DNA of 64,000 nt from the human T2T-CHM13v2.0 reference genome, Homo sapiens: the NCBI RefSeq assembly GCF_009914755.1, contig NC_060925.1; one strand, given 5' to 3'. The translations under genes were made by a program, and so were the position numbers. The number at the start of each line of letters is the position of its first letter. The stretch's first letter is position 1. Positions 35,956 to 51,560 of the stretch are shown here, in pieces. A model generated the notes under the pieces. That model had not been told where the DNA came from. It made no database searches and saw only the letters and a program-made list of their open reading frames with translations.

Positions 35956-37168
35956 TCAAAAAAAACAAAAAAAAAGAAAGAAATATGCATTTAGCTAAAA
36001 GATAGGAGTTTTAATATATAATAAAGATGCTATGAAAGAAAATAGAAATGCAAAATATAGTAAGATGCAATCAAGTTTTGGAAAAATGTAAAACAATTAT
36101 TTTGAATTCCTGTCCAGTCCTGTATAACAGGGTAACAAATGAAGAATGTATACCCAGAAGAGAAAAACAAAGGAAAAACATTTTCCCATAATTGTGTCTT
36201 CTACTGGCAGGAAAACCTGAAAAATACAAACACAGGATTTGTGTTCTTTCCTCTTTACCATGATTAAGAACCAGTGATCAAGAAACGGAAGTTGTTGGTT
36301 GCTAACTGGATATTTTGGGAAGACCCAGGTCAATGGCAATAAACACATTCTGCTGAATTTTATTCCTTAGTCATTTAGCTAAAATAACACACCTATGGCA
36401 ATCCTCAGTTCACTCTGTTAGTTTCTCTGACATCTGGCAACCAGTCTTCACTTCCAATTAATCGCAATATCTCATTAATTCCCACAATGTAATCTTTACT
36501 CTATCAACAAAGCTGTATATAAAATCTAATCACTTCAAAACGACCCTTTCCAATATTACCAGGGCTCTCACATTATATCTGACTAGACTATTTGGGAAAA
36601 ATAATGTAGAGATTAAATATTTACTAAAAAAACCTTATCGTACAAGCTTGATATCGCTGAAATATTATTGGGTTAGCAATCAGAAAACTTGGGTTACAGT
36701 GCTGACAAACTAGACAATAAAACAATAGGAGTATCTTTTCATTTTACCAAATCTCAATGTCCTTACTGTTAGAAAAAAGAGGGTTGACTAGATCAATCAT
36801 TTTCAGACCCTTAAAGCCTTTAATAACTTTTATTTTTTAATTTTTAAAATAAATTTCTATTCTTTTTTATTTTTATTTTTTGAGACGGAGTCTTACTCTG
36901 TCGTCCAGGCTGGAGTGCAGTGGTGTGATCTCAGCTCACTGCAACCTCCACCACCTCCTGAGTTCAAGCAATTCTCTTCCTTAGCCTCCCAAGTAGCTGG
37001 GATTACAGGCGCCTGCCACCATGCCCGGCTAATTTTGTATTTTTAGTAGAGACAGGGTTTCACCATCTTGGCCAGGCTGGTCTTGAACTTCTGACCTCGT
37101 GATCCACCTGCCTTGGCCTCCCAAAGTGCTAGGATTACAGGTGTGAGCCACCGCGCTCGGCCCATCGT

Positions 37169-37200
<32 letters not shown>

Positions 37201-37731
37201 TGCACACAATTCACAGAGATTAACAGAAGCCTTTTGAAAAATAAAATGTGATGTATAAAAGCCCAATACAGAAAACAAATAAAATAGGGTAGAAAACGGA
37301 AGCTCCCTTCTGGGACCTTCTTAACACATATCTTATAAAGTGGAAATAAAAATTCTGAAAGATAAGCACATCAAATCTGCACTAGAGTAATGTCACTTCC
37401 TTTGTAATGATGAATGAATATTTTCTGTCTTAGGTTGATCAAAGGCCCTCTTTGTAATAAAGGTCTTTTCTGCTGCGGTCAGGAGATTAAGTGACAATCT
37501 CTTTCTCTCCCTCTCACTTCCTCCTTCCTTTCCTCTTTCTCCCGTATCTTTCCAATGAAAATGTCCCTAGATCTCTTTTAGCTCCTTCTTTGAGGATCAG
37601 TCAAGGAGAATATTCTGAATTTTAGCTTAGTGCAGAAAGACAAAATGTTTTATTTTTTGAAAATCTCATAATGGAGGGCATAACCCCAGTTGGCACTGTG
37701 AAGAGTGTCTAAAACTCAGAATAAACTATAA

Positions 37732-38037
<306 letters not shown>

Positions 38038-38291
38038 TAATTTTTGTATTTTTAGTAGAGACGGGGTTTCAACATGTTGGCAAGGTTGGTCTGGAACTCC
38101 TGACCTCAAGTGATCTACCCGCCCTGGCCTCCCAAAATGCTGGGATTACAGGCATGAGCCACCACGCCTGGGTCTGCTTAATTCTTAAACTATGTACAAG
38201 GCAGCCAATAAGCAGCCCAGTTAAGACTAAAATAACTGACCTGAGACTTCAGCTGCCATCTACCACAAAGGAGAGTTTGGAGTTTGAGTGC

Positions 38292-38631
38292 TGCTATGGT
38301 CTGAATGTTTGTTTCCCTTACAAATTCATATGTTGAATCCAAACTACCAAGGTGTTAGAAGGTGGGAACTTTTGGAGGTGATTAGGTTATGAGGGCTCTG
38401 CCCTCTTTAATGGGATTGTCCTTTCAAAAAAAAGGTCCCGAAGAGCTGCCCTGTGCCTTCCACCATGTGAGGATGCAGACAGAAGGCACTCTCTATGAAC
38501 CAGGCAGGAAACAGGACCTCACCAGACACCGAATTTGCCTTGATTTTGGACTTCTCAGCCTCTAGAAGAGTAAGAAATAAATTTCTATTGTATATGGTAT
38601 TTTGTTATAGTAGCCCTAATGGACTAAGACA
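38292..38631 (+). mobile_element. MaLR solo LTR (MLT1A/MST-like)
   Basis: tgctatggtctgaatgtttg...ggactaagaca. Near-TSD agtgc / aatgc. Confidence 0.8.
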
Positions 38632-39479
38632 AATGCCAGGTTAACTGCCTGCCTATACAAAAATATCAACACTTCTTCCAAAGAATAAAAGAATCCAGAA
38701 TATCTTCAACCTATCGTTTACATTATCCAGGATATGATCCAAAATTACTAGATATATCAAGAAACTGGAAAATATACTGTTACTTAAGAGAACAGGCCGG
38801 GCGCGGGGGCTCACGCCTGTAATCCCAACACTTTGGGAGGCCGAGGCAGGTGGATCACCCGAGGTCAGGTGTTTGAGACTAGCCAGCCTGACCAACATGG
38901 TGAAACCCGGTCTCTCCTAAAAATACAAAATTAGCCGGGCATGGTAGCGGGTGCCTGTAATCTCAGCTACTCAGGAGGCTGAGACAGGAGAATCACTTGA
39001 ACTGGGAGATGGAGGTTGCAGTGAACCGAGATCATGCCACTGCACTACAGCTTGGGCAATAAGAGCAAGACTCCATCTCAAAAAAAAAACAAAACAAAAA
39101 ACAAAAAAAAGAGAACAGGGAATGGAGTCCAAATTCCAAATGTTGGAATTAGCACACAAGGTTTTTTTGTTTTGTTTTTGAGACAGAGTCTTGCTCTGCC
39201 GCCCAGGCATGAATGCAAAGGCGCGATCACAGCTTACCACAAACCCGATCTCCAGGGCTAAAGCAATCCTCCCACTTAAGTCCCCATAACCCAGCAGCTG
39301 GGATTACAGGTACATGCCACTGTGCCCAGCTAATTTTTGTATTTTTTGTAGAGATGAGATTTTGCTCTGTTATCCAGGCTGGTCTTGAACTCTTGGGCTC
39401 TTGGTCTTGAACTCCTGCCTCAGCTTCCTAAATGCTGAACAGGCATGAGCCACCACACCAGCCCAGCAGACAAGGTTTT

Positions 39480-40230
39480 TAAAGCAGCTAAATAATTATG
39501 GACATAAAATATGGCTCATAATATATTAACAAACAAGAAATCTCAGGAAGGATGCCAAATAAAGCAAAAATTCTGAAACTGAAAAATATTACCTAAAATT
39601 CAAAAATCATTGGGTAGGCTTAGGGTTAACACAGATTAGAGGAGTCTGTGAACTTGAAGACAGATCAACAGAAATTATCCCATCTGAAGAACAGAAAAAA
39701 AAAAAGATTTAAAAAAATTCAACATAGCTTCAGTGTCCTGTTGGACAATACCCAAAATGACTAATATATAAGCAACTGGTGTTCCAGAAGAAGAAGAGAG
39801 AGAGAATGAGGCAGAAAACAGTTAAAGAAATAATGATTGAAATTTCCCTACATTTAATGAAAACCATAAGTCCTAGCAGGAAAAACTTTAAATAAAAATA
39901 CTCTAGGCACATCACAGTCAAATTTCTGAGAACCAATCTCAAAGAGAAAATCTGAAAGTAGCTAGAGAAAAGTGACATTACTTACGAGGACACAAAGACA
40001 TGAAGAACTTTTCAGAAACAATGGAGGCCAGAAAACAGTGGAAAGGCATTTAAAATGCTTAAAGGTTAAAACAAACAAAAAAGCCAAACCAGAATTCTAT
40101 GTCCAATGAAAATATCCTTCAAGAATGAAGATAAAATAAAGATATTTTCAGATAAATGAAGATTAAGAGAATTTGTCACCAGCAGACTTGCACTATAAGA
40201 AGCACAAGAAAGAAAAATGAAATTCCTTAA
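39480..40230 (+). mobile_element. Old L1M ORF1 remnant
   Basis: gaacttgaagacagatcaacagaaattatcc, aaccagaattctatgtccaatgaaaatatccttcaagaatgaag, agagaatttgtcaccagcagac. Confidence 0.7.
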
Positions 40231-40546
40231 TGCTATACCATGAGGTGAAGATTCAGGCAATCCTTCTCAGTGACAAGCTTCACTTCCTGTTACAGCCCAC
40301 CAACAGCTCTAGATTCAGTAGTCCCTATATCCATTACAAACGTTCATGCCTCCATGTTTCCTATGCCAAGAACACTTAAGATTGGAAAGCTGCCAGGCGT
40401 TCAGCACTTTGGGAGGCCACAGCAGGCAGATCACTTAAGGCCAGGAGTTTGAGACAAGCCTGGCCGACATGGTGAAACCCTGTCTCTACTAAAAATACAA
40501 AAATTAGCTGGGTGTGGTGGCATGCACCTGTAATCCCAGCTACTCA

Positions 40547-40693
<147 letters not shown>

Positions 40694-41752
40694 CTATTTC
40701 TTTGCCAATGGCATTCATGGGAAAATCACGGTACAGTCTACAATTTGAGTTTCTGAAATCCTCATATTCTGACTATTCATTTCGCAGGCAACCATAGAGT
40801 CAATTCTTATGTAACCTAAGATCTTAAAAAGCAAATAAAACAACAACATGTAACCTAAGATCTTAAAAAGCAAATAAAACATGTGGAAATAGCAGGCTAA
40901 TAAGGATTTTAGTTCAAAGGAAGAAGCATATATTCCATGATAACACTTCAAATGCTGTTAAGGCATTTCAGACTGGATATATTAATATGTTCATAATTCT
41001 CTTGTGCATAAGCTAACAGTGAGTAATAGGTAGAGAAACAATTTACAATTAATAAAACAAAAAGTATAAAGGTAGGTGACTTCTGTGATTTTTCCAAGCT
41101 TTAAGTATTTCAGACTATTTTTGTTTTTAGAATTTAAGTAATAAAATTATCTGCAAGATGACTATCACTGAGGATGCTGCAATAAGTAGTTAGAATTCAG
41201 CTGGGATCTTGGGGAAGACAACTATATACCAAAAGAACAGATCCTTCAAATACAACAGTTTTACATTAGCTATGCAATACTATAGTCCTTATAGACTTTT
41301 TTTCTCATGCGTGTCATGCAGAGAGAAGGCACTCTCTATGAACCAGGCAGGAAACAGGCCCTCACTAGACACTGAATTTGCATACACCTGGACAAGTGGA
41401 AATAAAAAGTGTTAGTATATATCCTCCTTAACTGAAAACAAACATATGAAAATTTTTTGTGTTTTTTGCTGCCCACCTCCCCCTCTTTTTTGTATTCAGC
41501 AAGCATGTTTCAGTAGGCTGTACCAGTCTAGGATCTGCAGATTTTCTTATTTTAACTTAATAGCATATACCGTACACTTCAGTTCTCCACAAAGCCTAAA
41601 ATATTTGCTATCTAGACCTTTACAGAAACAGTTTGCCGATCCGCACTGAAAATGAGCTTTGCATTCCTGATAAAATAACTGACACACAACTCATCACATT
41701 TTTAGAAATAATTAAAAGGAGTGTAAAGACCAGCTTGAGTTGAACTTCCTAA

Positions 41753-41968
<216 letters not shown>

Positions 41969-42095
41969 TGAACTCCTGGGCTCAAGCTACCTGCTCGCCT
42001 TGGCCTCCCAAAGTGCTGGGATTACAGGTGTGAGCCACTGTGCCTGGCTCTAAATGATAATTCTTAACAACATTTATTTCATTTTGAAAACTCTA

Positions 42096-42522
<427 letters not shown>

Positions 42523-43020
42523 TTAAAGTGAAATATATACATCGTGGTTTTTATGTTTTACTTATTTATTTATTTTTTTGAGACAGAGTCTTGCTCTGTT
42601 GCCCAGGCTGGAGTGCAGTGGCGTGATCTTGGCTCCCTGCAATCTCCGCCTCCAGGTTCACACCATTCTCCTGCCTCAGTCGCCCGAGTAGCTGGGACTA
42701 CGGGTGACCACCACCACGCCCAGCTAATTTTCTTTGTATTTTTTTTAGTAGAGATGGAGTTTCACTGTGTTAGCCAGGATGGTCTCGATCTCCTGACCTC
42801 ATGATCCGCCCGCCTCGACCTCCCAAAGTGCTGGGATTACAGGCGTGAGCCACCGCGCCTGGCCCATCATATTGTGTTTTATTAAGATGTCAACCCAAGC
42901 CACAATTTTAAAATTTCAGACTTAACAAATTAAAGACCAATATTCCACAGAGATCAAAGGATCTGTGCTAAACCAAAAGAGATCTGTGTTGTCATTACCT
43001 TAGCTTTCACAATAAACTCC

Positions 43021-43341
43021 TGCTATGGTTTGAATGTGTCCCCGAAAAGTTCATGTGGTGGAAATGTAATCCCTCTGCCCTCATGAATAGATTAATGTCA
43101 TTATCACTGGAGTGGGTTCCTTATCACGAGTGGCTTTGCTATAAAAGTGAGTTCTCTCTGGTTCTCGCTCTTGCCTTCTCACCATGTGATGTCCTCCACC
43201 ATCTTATGATGTAGCAGGAAGGCCCTCAGTAGATGCCAGCACCATGCTCTTGGCCTTCCTGCAGAACTGTGAGCTAAATTGTCTTTATAAATTAGCCAGG
43301 CTGTGGTATACTGTTACAGCAACAGAAAATGGGCTAGGGCA
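43021..43341 (+). mobile_element. MST-family solo LTR
   Basis: tgctatggtttgaatgtgtcccc...tgttacagcaacagaaaatgggcta. Confidence 0.78.
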
Positions 43342-44047
43342 GCTCTATTACAGAGACCATTTCAAAAATTTAAGTATATACCTCAGCTAAGCAAGAGTAC
43401 AACTTATTGGTGGACATAATCATTTAGCTATTCAACAAACACCTCAAACTCAGCGTGTCTTCTAACCAACATACTCTTCTTTCTTCTATTCCCAGTCTCT
43501 TAGTGAAACTAGTCCCCATTTGGTCACCAAAATAAAAAACCTGAAAGTCCTCTTAGTTTTTCCTTTCTCCTTCACATTAAATCAATAACTAAGTTCAGCT
43601 GGTTTCCCCTTCTATTTATTTCTCAATCTTTTCCCATTCTTTTCATCCCTCTTTTCACTGTTATAGTTTATAACATAATGATTTTTTGCTACACTATTAT
43701 AATAGTCTTTTGATATTTCTGTATTTTAGTCATGCTCCTCTTATAGCTAACCTTCACAATGCAGTAAGTGCCAGAAAATATGTGCCAGAAAAGGAAGCCT
43801 TAAAACTTGATTGTGTTTAAAAGGAAGAAGAGGGAGGCATTCAGAAATAAGGAAAAACAGAAGCAAAAAGTACATCTGAGTGAGTGTAACATGAAAACTA
43901 TTAAGCAAGCCAGAATGGGCAAAGTGCTGTATTTGTGGGGATGTGATGGGATATGAATTGGGAAAAAATATTAAGCAATACAATGACAAAGATCTTGGTG
44001 AGCCATGAACTATAATTTGATTTCCCATTGATTCTCACATTCCAGGG

Positions 44048-44409
44048 TGATAATGGTTTGAATCTGTGTCCCCATCCAAATCTCATGTCAAATTGTGTGG
44101 TTTAGCACCATCCCCCTTGGTACTGTTCTTGTGATAGTGAGTGAGTTCTCACGAGATCTGGTTGTTTAAAAGTGTGTAATACCTCCCACCTCTCTCTCTT
44201 GTTCCTACTCTGGCCATGTGACATGCCTGCTTCCCTTCTGCATTCCGCCATGATTCTAAGTTTCCTGAGGACTTCCCAGAAGTTGAGCAGATGCTAGCAT
44301 CATGCTTCCTGTACAATCTACAGAGCCATAAGCCAATTAAACCTCTTTTCTTTATAAATTACCCAGTCTCAGGTATTTCTTTATAGCAATGCAAGAACAA
44401 ACTAATACA
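44048..44409 (+). mobile_element. MSTA-like solo LTR with 5-bp TSD
   Basis: tgataatggtttgaatctgtgtcccc...actaataca, flanked by CAGGG at 44043-44047 and 44410-44414. Confidence 0.85.
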
Positions 44410-45525
44410 CAGGGCAACCAAAAATCTTCTGCCACAGACAGTATTCAGAAGGAGGGGAGAAAAAGAGAATCACTTGTGTAAGTGTAAGGAAAATTTTATG
44501 TTCCTATTTACTGCATGTGCAAACCTTTCCACTACAAAGCCTGCCGAACGGCAATATGTTCAGAAACTGAATAATGCCCTAAAATAAAGAATTGTTCAGC
44601 CAGAGACCTTAATTATCGGCTCCCCCCCTTTTTTTTTTTGAGACAGGGTCCCGCTCTGCTGCCCAGGCTAAAGTCCAGTGATGTAATCAAGTCTCACTTC
44701 AAGCTCAAATTCCCAGGCTTTTGTGACCTTCCGACCTCGGCCTCTAGGGTAGCTGGGACTACAGGCACATGCCACCATACCCAGCTAATTTTTAAATTTT
44801 TTGTAGAGATGGAATCTCACAATGTTGCCTAGGCTGGTCTCAAATTCCCGAGCTCAGGTGATTCTCACGCCTCAGCCTACCAAATTGCTGGAATTACAGG
44901 CATGAGCCACGGCACCTGGCCACCTTTTCACTTCCATAGGCCCATCTCGAAAGCCACTTCATTCTCTAAACCTTTCTGCCTGAACCTTTCCCCACTAATC
45001 GAATGTTATAGCTCTCTTCCGGGCCTTCATAACCCTTTTACTCCTTAGTTCTCACTCTTTTTCACTACGAATGTCAAATCACCAAGTTGGCCAAATGTAA
45101 ATTCTATAACCTAAACTTTATCTCAACTGTGAATAACCTAAAATTACCACATTGTTAAACTTACTTGTGCTCCTGAGCCGCTAAATGGTGCTGGTATATA
45201 ATGAAGAAATGGTACTGGGAAGACCAAACCCACTCTCTACTTTTGCAGCTTTAGGCAGTTGTAATAAAGAAGGAGCCTGAGAGCTCTAAGAATGGGATGT
45301 GGAATCCATGTTTGGTTTTATCACTACTTCTCATCCCTAAGGATCAGTCATCTAGACCTACAGCCATTTAAAATGGCTTTTGGAAGATACACTGAAATTC
45401 TAAAATGAGCAACTGAAAGAACTCAGGAACAATGGGTAAACATTTCTAGTATTATAAAAGTAAAAGCTAATTGGTATGACAGCAAGGAAAAATATACATA
45501 TTAAATGGTAGATGTGATCACTCAC

Positions 45526-45670
45526 CTGTCGAATCGACATAGTACAGAGAATATACAGGAAAATGAAGGAACAGTCTGTGGTGTCATCTCCCAGCAGATT
45601 TCGATGAGACAGTCCTTGGATGTAAGAAAGAGGGGTAAAAGGAAGCTTTGCCACCACTCTACCATCAAAT
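45526..45670 (-). CDS. TMCO1: TMCO1 exon 6
   Basis: ttttag|A TTT GAT...CGA CAG|gtgagt, 145 nt. FDGRVVAKLPFTPLSYIQGLSHRNLLGDDTTDCSFIFLYILCTMSIRQ. Phases match both neighbours. Confidence 0.97.
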
Positions 45671-47042
45671 CTAAAAGAAAAAAAAAAAAAAAGAATTGTT
45701 ATCTTTGGAAGACTGACAACTTTCTTACTTCCAAAGAAGAATCTGGGACAGAAATAGAGCTTTAAGTCTCTGATCTCTGAAAAACAAAGAGAGGGTGACA
45801 TGCTAAAAATACACATGAACCTGATGTACGGTGATGTAAAGAAGAGCCTAGATTATTCTCATCAATCTTTTCCTAAATTAGTCATTCTCAATTCTTTTGG
45901 TATCAAGACCCCTTTATATACTGACAAATTATTTAGGACCCTAAAAACTTTGTGTTTCTGTAGCTTATAGTTATTAATATTTACTGTATTAGAAATTAAA
46001 AATGAGAAATGTTTAATATTTATTTTTTTTGAGACGGAGTCTTGCCGTGTCGGTCAGGCTGGAGTGCAGTGGCACAATCTCAGCTCATTGCAACCTTCGC
46101 CTCCCGGGTTCAAGCGATATAAAATCTTTTATATCTTTATATATAAGTTATTTAATTATATGAAGTTGAACATGCATGAGACTTTAAACCAGCAACAAAT
46201 CTGAAAAATCTTCTGATAATTCCTTTTTTTTTTTTTTGAGATGGAGTCTCGCTCTGTCACTCAGGCCAGAGTGCAGTGTTGCCGTCTCAGCTCACTGCAA
46301 CCTCCACCTCCTGCTTCAAGCGATTCTCCTGCCTCAGCCTCCCGAGTAGCTGGGATTACAGGTGTGCACCACCACACCCAGCTAATTTTTGTATTTTTAG
46401 TAGAGACAGGGTTTCACGATGTTGGCCTTGATGGTCTCGATCTCTTGACCTCATGATCCGCCTGCCTCAGCCTCTCAAAGTCCTACAGGAATAGAAGCTT
46501 GTTATAAGGAACAGAAATTGGTGTCTAGCACAATAAAGAAAAAAACTGGGAAGAGAAGAAGGAAGGTGCAAAGAGAGAGATGATTTACAATAGGTGGATT
46601 ATTTCTTTAAGTGCACTTACTCTATGACTCCAGAGGGCAGGATCACTGCTCACAAGTACAGATATAGGGAGGCATATTTTGGCCCAGTAAAACGAATTAT
46701 TTTCAAACTCTAAAAACTACTCAATAAAAGTACTAGTTATCTCAGAAACCACTAAGCTCCTCATTGTTGGAAATAAAGGATGACAAATTATCTGTTAGAG
46801 ACATTAGTGATGAGCTTTCTGTATTAGGAGAGAAGTTATGTGTTAAATGACTTTTAAGATCTCTTTCAGGCTGGGCACGGTGGCTCACACCTGTAATTCC
46901 AGCACTTTGGGAGGCCAAGGCAGGCGGATCACCTGAGGTTGGGAGTTCGAGACCAGCTGACCAACATGGAGAAACCCCGTGTCTACTAAAAATACAAAAT
47001 TAGCCGGGCATGGTGGCGCATGCCTGTAATCCCAGCTACTCA

Positions 47043-47147
<105 letters not shown>

Positions 47148-47337
47148 TCAAAAAAAAAAAAAAAAAAAAATTTCAATTCTAAAATCCTGTTATTTCAACT
47201 TTATGTAAATGATTCAGGAAGAGATGCCAAAAAGTAGATACAGCTACTAAATAAGTAGCTATATCTAGTCCTTTTTCTGGCAGTCTGGGAGTTCAAGTCC
47301 TTCCCTTCTTAGTCTAACCATAGATTTTTTTCCTTAA

Positions 47338-47684
<347 letters not shown>

Positions 47685-47918
47685 TAATCTTTTAGTATCC
47701 CTTATAGTCTTGGCCAGGCGTGGTGGCTCATGTCTCATAATCCCAGCACTTTGAGAGGCCGAGGCAGGAGGATCACTTGAAGCCATGAGTTCGAGACCAG
47801 CCTGGGCAACATGGCGAAACCCTATCTCTACCAAAAAAAAAAAAAAAAAAAAATTAGCCAGGTGTCATGGTGCATGTCTGTAGTCCCAGCTACTCAGGAG
47901 GCTAAGGTAGGGGGATCA

Positions 47919-48014
<96 letters not shown>

Positions 48015-48418
48015 TCAAAGTTAAACTTGGAGAAATTATGTTAAAGACTGAATAACTTTTGTCCAATATAATCAAAACATGTATTAGACTTTTAATTTCA
48101 TATGCCAGTTTATAAAAATAGATGTACAGCCTTTAACTTCTAGGTGCTGACAATCTAAGACACAATATTTTTTTTAAATGTACAGGGTACAAAGACCAGA
48201 ACAAAAACATGAATACAGCACTAATATTGGTAAAATATATTATGCGAACCTCCACTAGTTTGGGAAAACAAAACAAGCAAATAAAAAGCTATTGTTTGCC
48301 AGTGTTCTGAATAAGAAAGTTGCTGAAAATAATATACATAAAAACAAAAAAAGAAGGCCAGGAGCGGTGGCTCACGCCTGTAATCCCAGCACTTTGGGAG
48401 GCTGAGGCGGGTGGATCA

Positions 48419-48709
<291 letters not shown>

Positions 48710-48807
48710 TTATAAGAAACCTGATTATAATGAAGCTTTCATATAATTTTCCTCCTTGAAGATACTCTACTTGACTTCTTTGACTTCTATAGCTTGGAAG
48801 ACCTATA

Positions 48808-48808
<1 letters not shown>

Positions 48809-48852
<44 letters not shown>
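48809..48852. repeat. (CA)22 microsatellite
   Basis: Perfect CA run. Confidence 0.97.
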
Positions 48853-48853
<1 letters not shown>

Positions 48854-49313
48854 CATCTAGTATTTTATATTGATGAACTGCAAAAATAATCTGGCATTTC
48901 AATACTGGTCCAAGGTCTAATAACTTAATCACCAAATATTTGATAAGTGCTTATTATATTATTAACTCTATTAAGGATAACATATCACATATGCTTGCAT
49001 ATAGCTTTGAAAACCTCCATTCTTTAAAAATTTCATAAATATCATAGCAGTGATATGGGCATTCTCTTCATCTTGTTCCCATCTTTACTGCAGTATCGTT
49101 GGTATTTTACCTTTGAGTATTTAACCCTCTTCTGGTTGTTCTAATTCATTGCACAATAGAACTAGAGAACAGTGATGGAGAGAAAGGAAGGGATGGAGGG
49201 AAAAGAGAATTTGGAAAAGATGACAATATTATTTGTCTGATCATATGATTATCTATCTAGAAAACTAGAGAATCAAATTAAAAGCTAGGAGAGTTCAGGA
49301 AGATGTCCAATTA

Positions 49314-49628
<315 letters not shown>

Positions 49629-50412
49629 TCAAAAAAAAAAAAAAAAAAAAAAATTGATAAGCTACTTATAGACAGTAGTAGCAAACTAGAAAATATGAAA
49701 TATTACTTATACTTATTTGGAAAGAAACTACAGAAAGTATATAAAATAGACTTGGCAGAAATACCATGTTTCTGGATGGGAATACTAAAAATTATAAAGG
49801 TATTTAATACCTCAAAATTAATGTACAAATTTAATAAAATTTCAGACAAAACTCAGAAGGGATTATTTTAGAGGAAGCTGACACTTGATTGATTCTAAAA
49901 TTCATTTGAAAGAATAAGTGCCCCAGGAACAGTGAACAATACAGTTAAAACAGAGTACGTAGTAGGCAATGATAAGAAAATAGTTTGAAAAACAGGCTGG
50001 GGCCAAAGCATGGAATGTCATGAGAGCCAGGGTAAGGAGTCTGACTAAAATCAATAGTCAGGGTTGCATGGTGATAAGTGTGGACTTTAGAGTCTGAGAG
50101 ACAGGGTTAAACCCCAGCTCAACATTTACTAGCTTGGAGACCTTGAGCAAGTTAAGTGACTTAGAGTCTCACGTCCTCATCTGTAAAATAAAGATTAGAA
50201 TTCTTATCTTAGAAGACTGTTAAAAGTAAAAGGGAAGGCAGGGCGTGGTGGCTCACACCTGTAATACCAGCACTCTGGGAGGCCGAGGCAGGCAGATCAC
50301 CTGAGGTCAGGAATTCAAGACCAGCCTTGCCAACATGGTGAAACCCCATGTCTACTAAAAATACAAAAATTAGCTTGGTGTGGGGGCGAGTCCCTGTAAT
50401 CTCAGCTACTCA

Positions 50413-50589
<177 letters not shown>

Positions 50590-51059
50590 TTAATCAGTAG
50601 CAGATAATGTTATTAGGCAATGAGTAACAGGCTTCTGAGGATGGCTAACTTAACAATGTTGGATAGAGAGGAGACACCTGAGGGAGCGAAAGCAGGCTAT
50701 TGTGATACCAAGCAAAAAGTAATAGCAAAGGAGAAAAAAGGAAATAATCATTGAAACTAGGATGGGAGCTGGTGCTAGGATGAATGAGAAGAGAGGGAGG
50801 GATGAATGAATGACTACACAGACAGAAAACAGGGGCTGTTAACTGAGAGGAAGAGAAAGTTGAAAGGGTCAGATTTAATCCAGTACATATCATTAAATTT
50901 GGGACAGGACAGATATGGAGTAATGTCTAATGAAAAGAAGAGGGAGAGGAAGGGAAACAAAAAAGGTTTGAATTCCTGGTGATGAGAATTGAGTACCACT
51001 AAAACATATGGATGAGAATGCTGCTTTCACAGGGAACACAATTGGTTCCAAGTGAGTTT

Positions 51060-51560
51060 CAAAGTCCATGGTTGACATTAGGGTTCATTCTTGGTGTTGT
51101 ACATTCTATGGGTTTGGACAAATATATAATAACATGTTATCTACCATTATAGTATCATAAAGAATAATCTCATTGCCCTAAAGAATCCTCTGTGCTCTGC
51201 CTAGTCATCCTTCCCTTCCTCCTAACTCCTGGCAACCATTGATCTTTTTACTGTCTCCATAGTTTTGCCTTTTTCATACAGCAGGAATCGTACAGTATAC
51301 AGCCTTTTTGGAAGAGCTTATTCACTTAAAATTATGCATTTAAGATTTCTCCATGTCTTTTCATGGCTTACCAGCTCACTTCTTTTTAGCACTGAATAAT
51401 ATTTCATTGTCTAGTTGTACCACAGTTTGTTTATCCTTTCACCTACCGAAAGACATCTTGATTCCTTCCAACTTCTGGCAATTATGAATAAACCTGCTAT
51501 AAACATCTGTGTACAGGTTTTTGTGTGGATCTAAGTTTTCAATCTATTTGGGTTCACTTT
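51060..51560 (-). mobile_element. L1M (MB/MC-like) 3' fragment
   Basis: ggtgttgtacattctatgggtttggacaaat, cctggcaaccattgatctttttactgtctccatagttttgcc, aattatgaataaacctgctataaacat. Confidence 0.75.
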
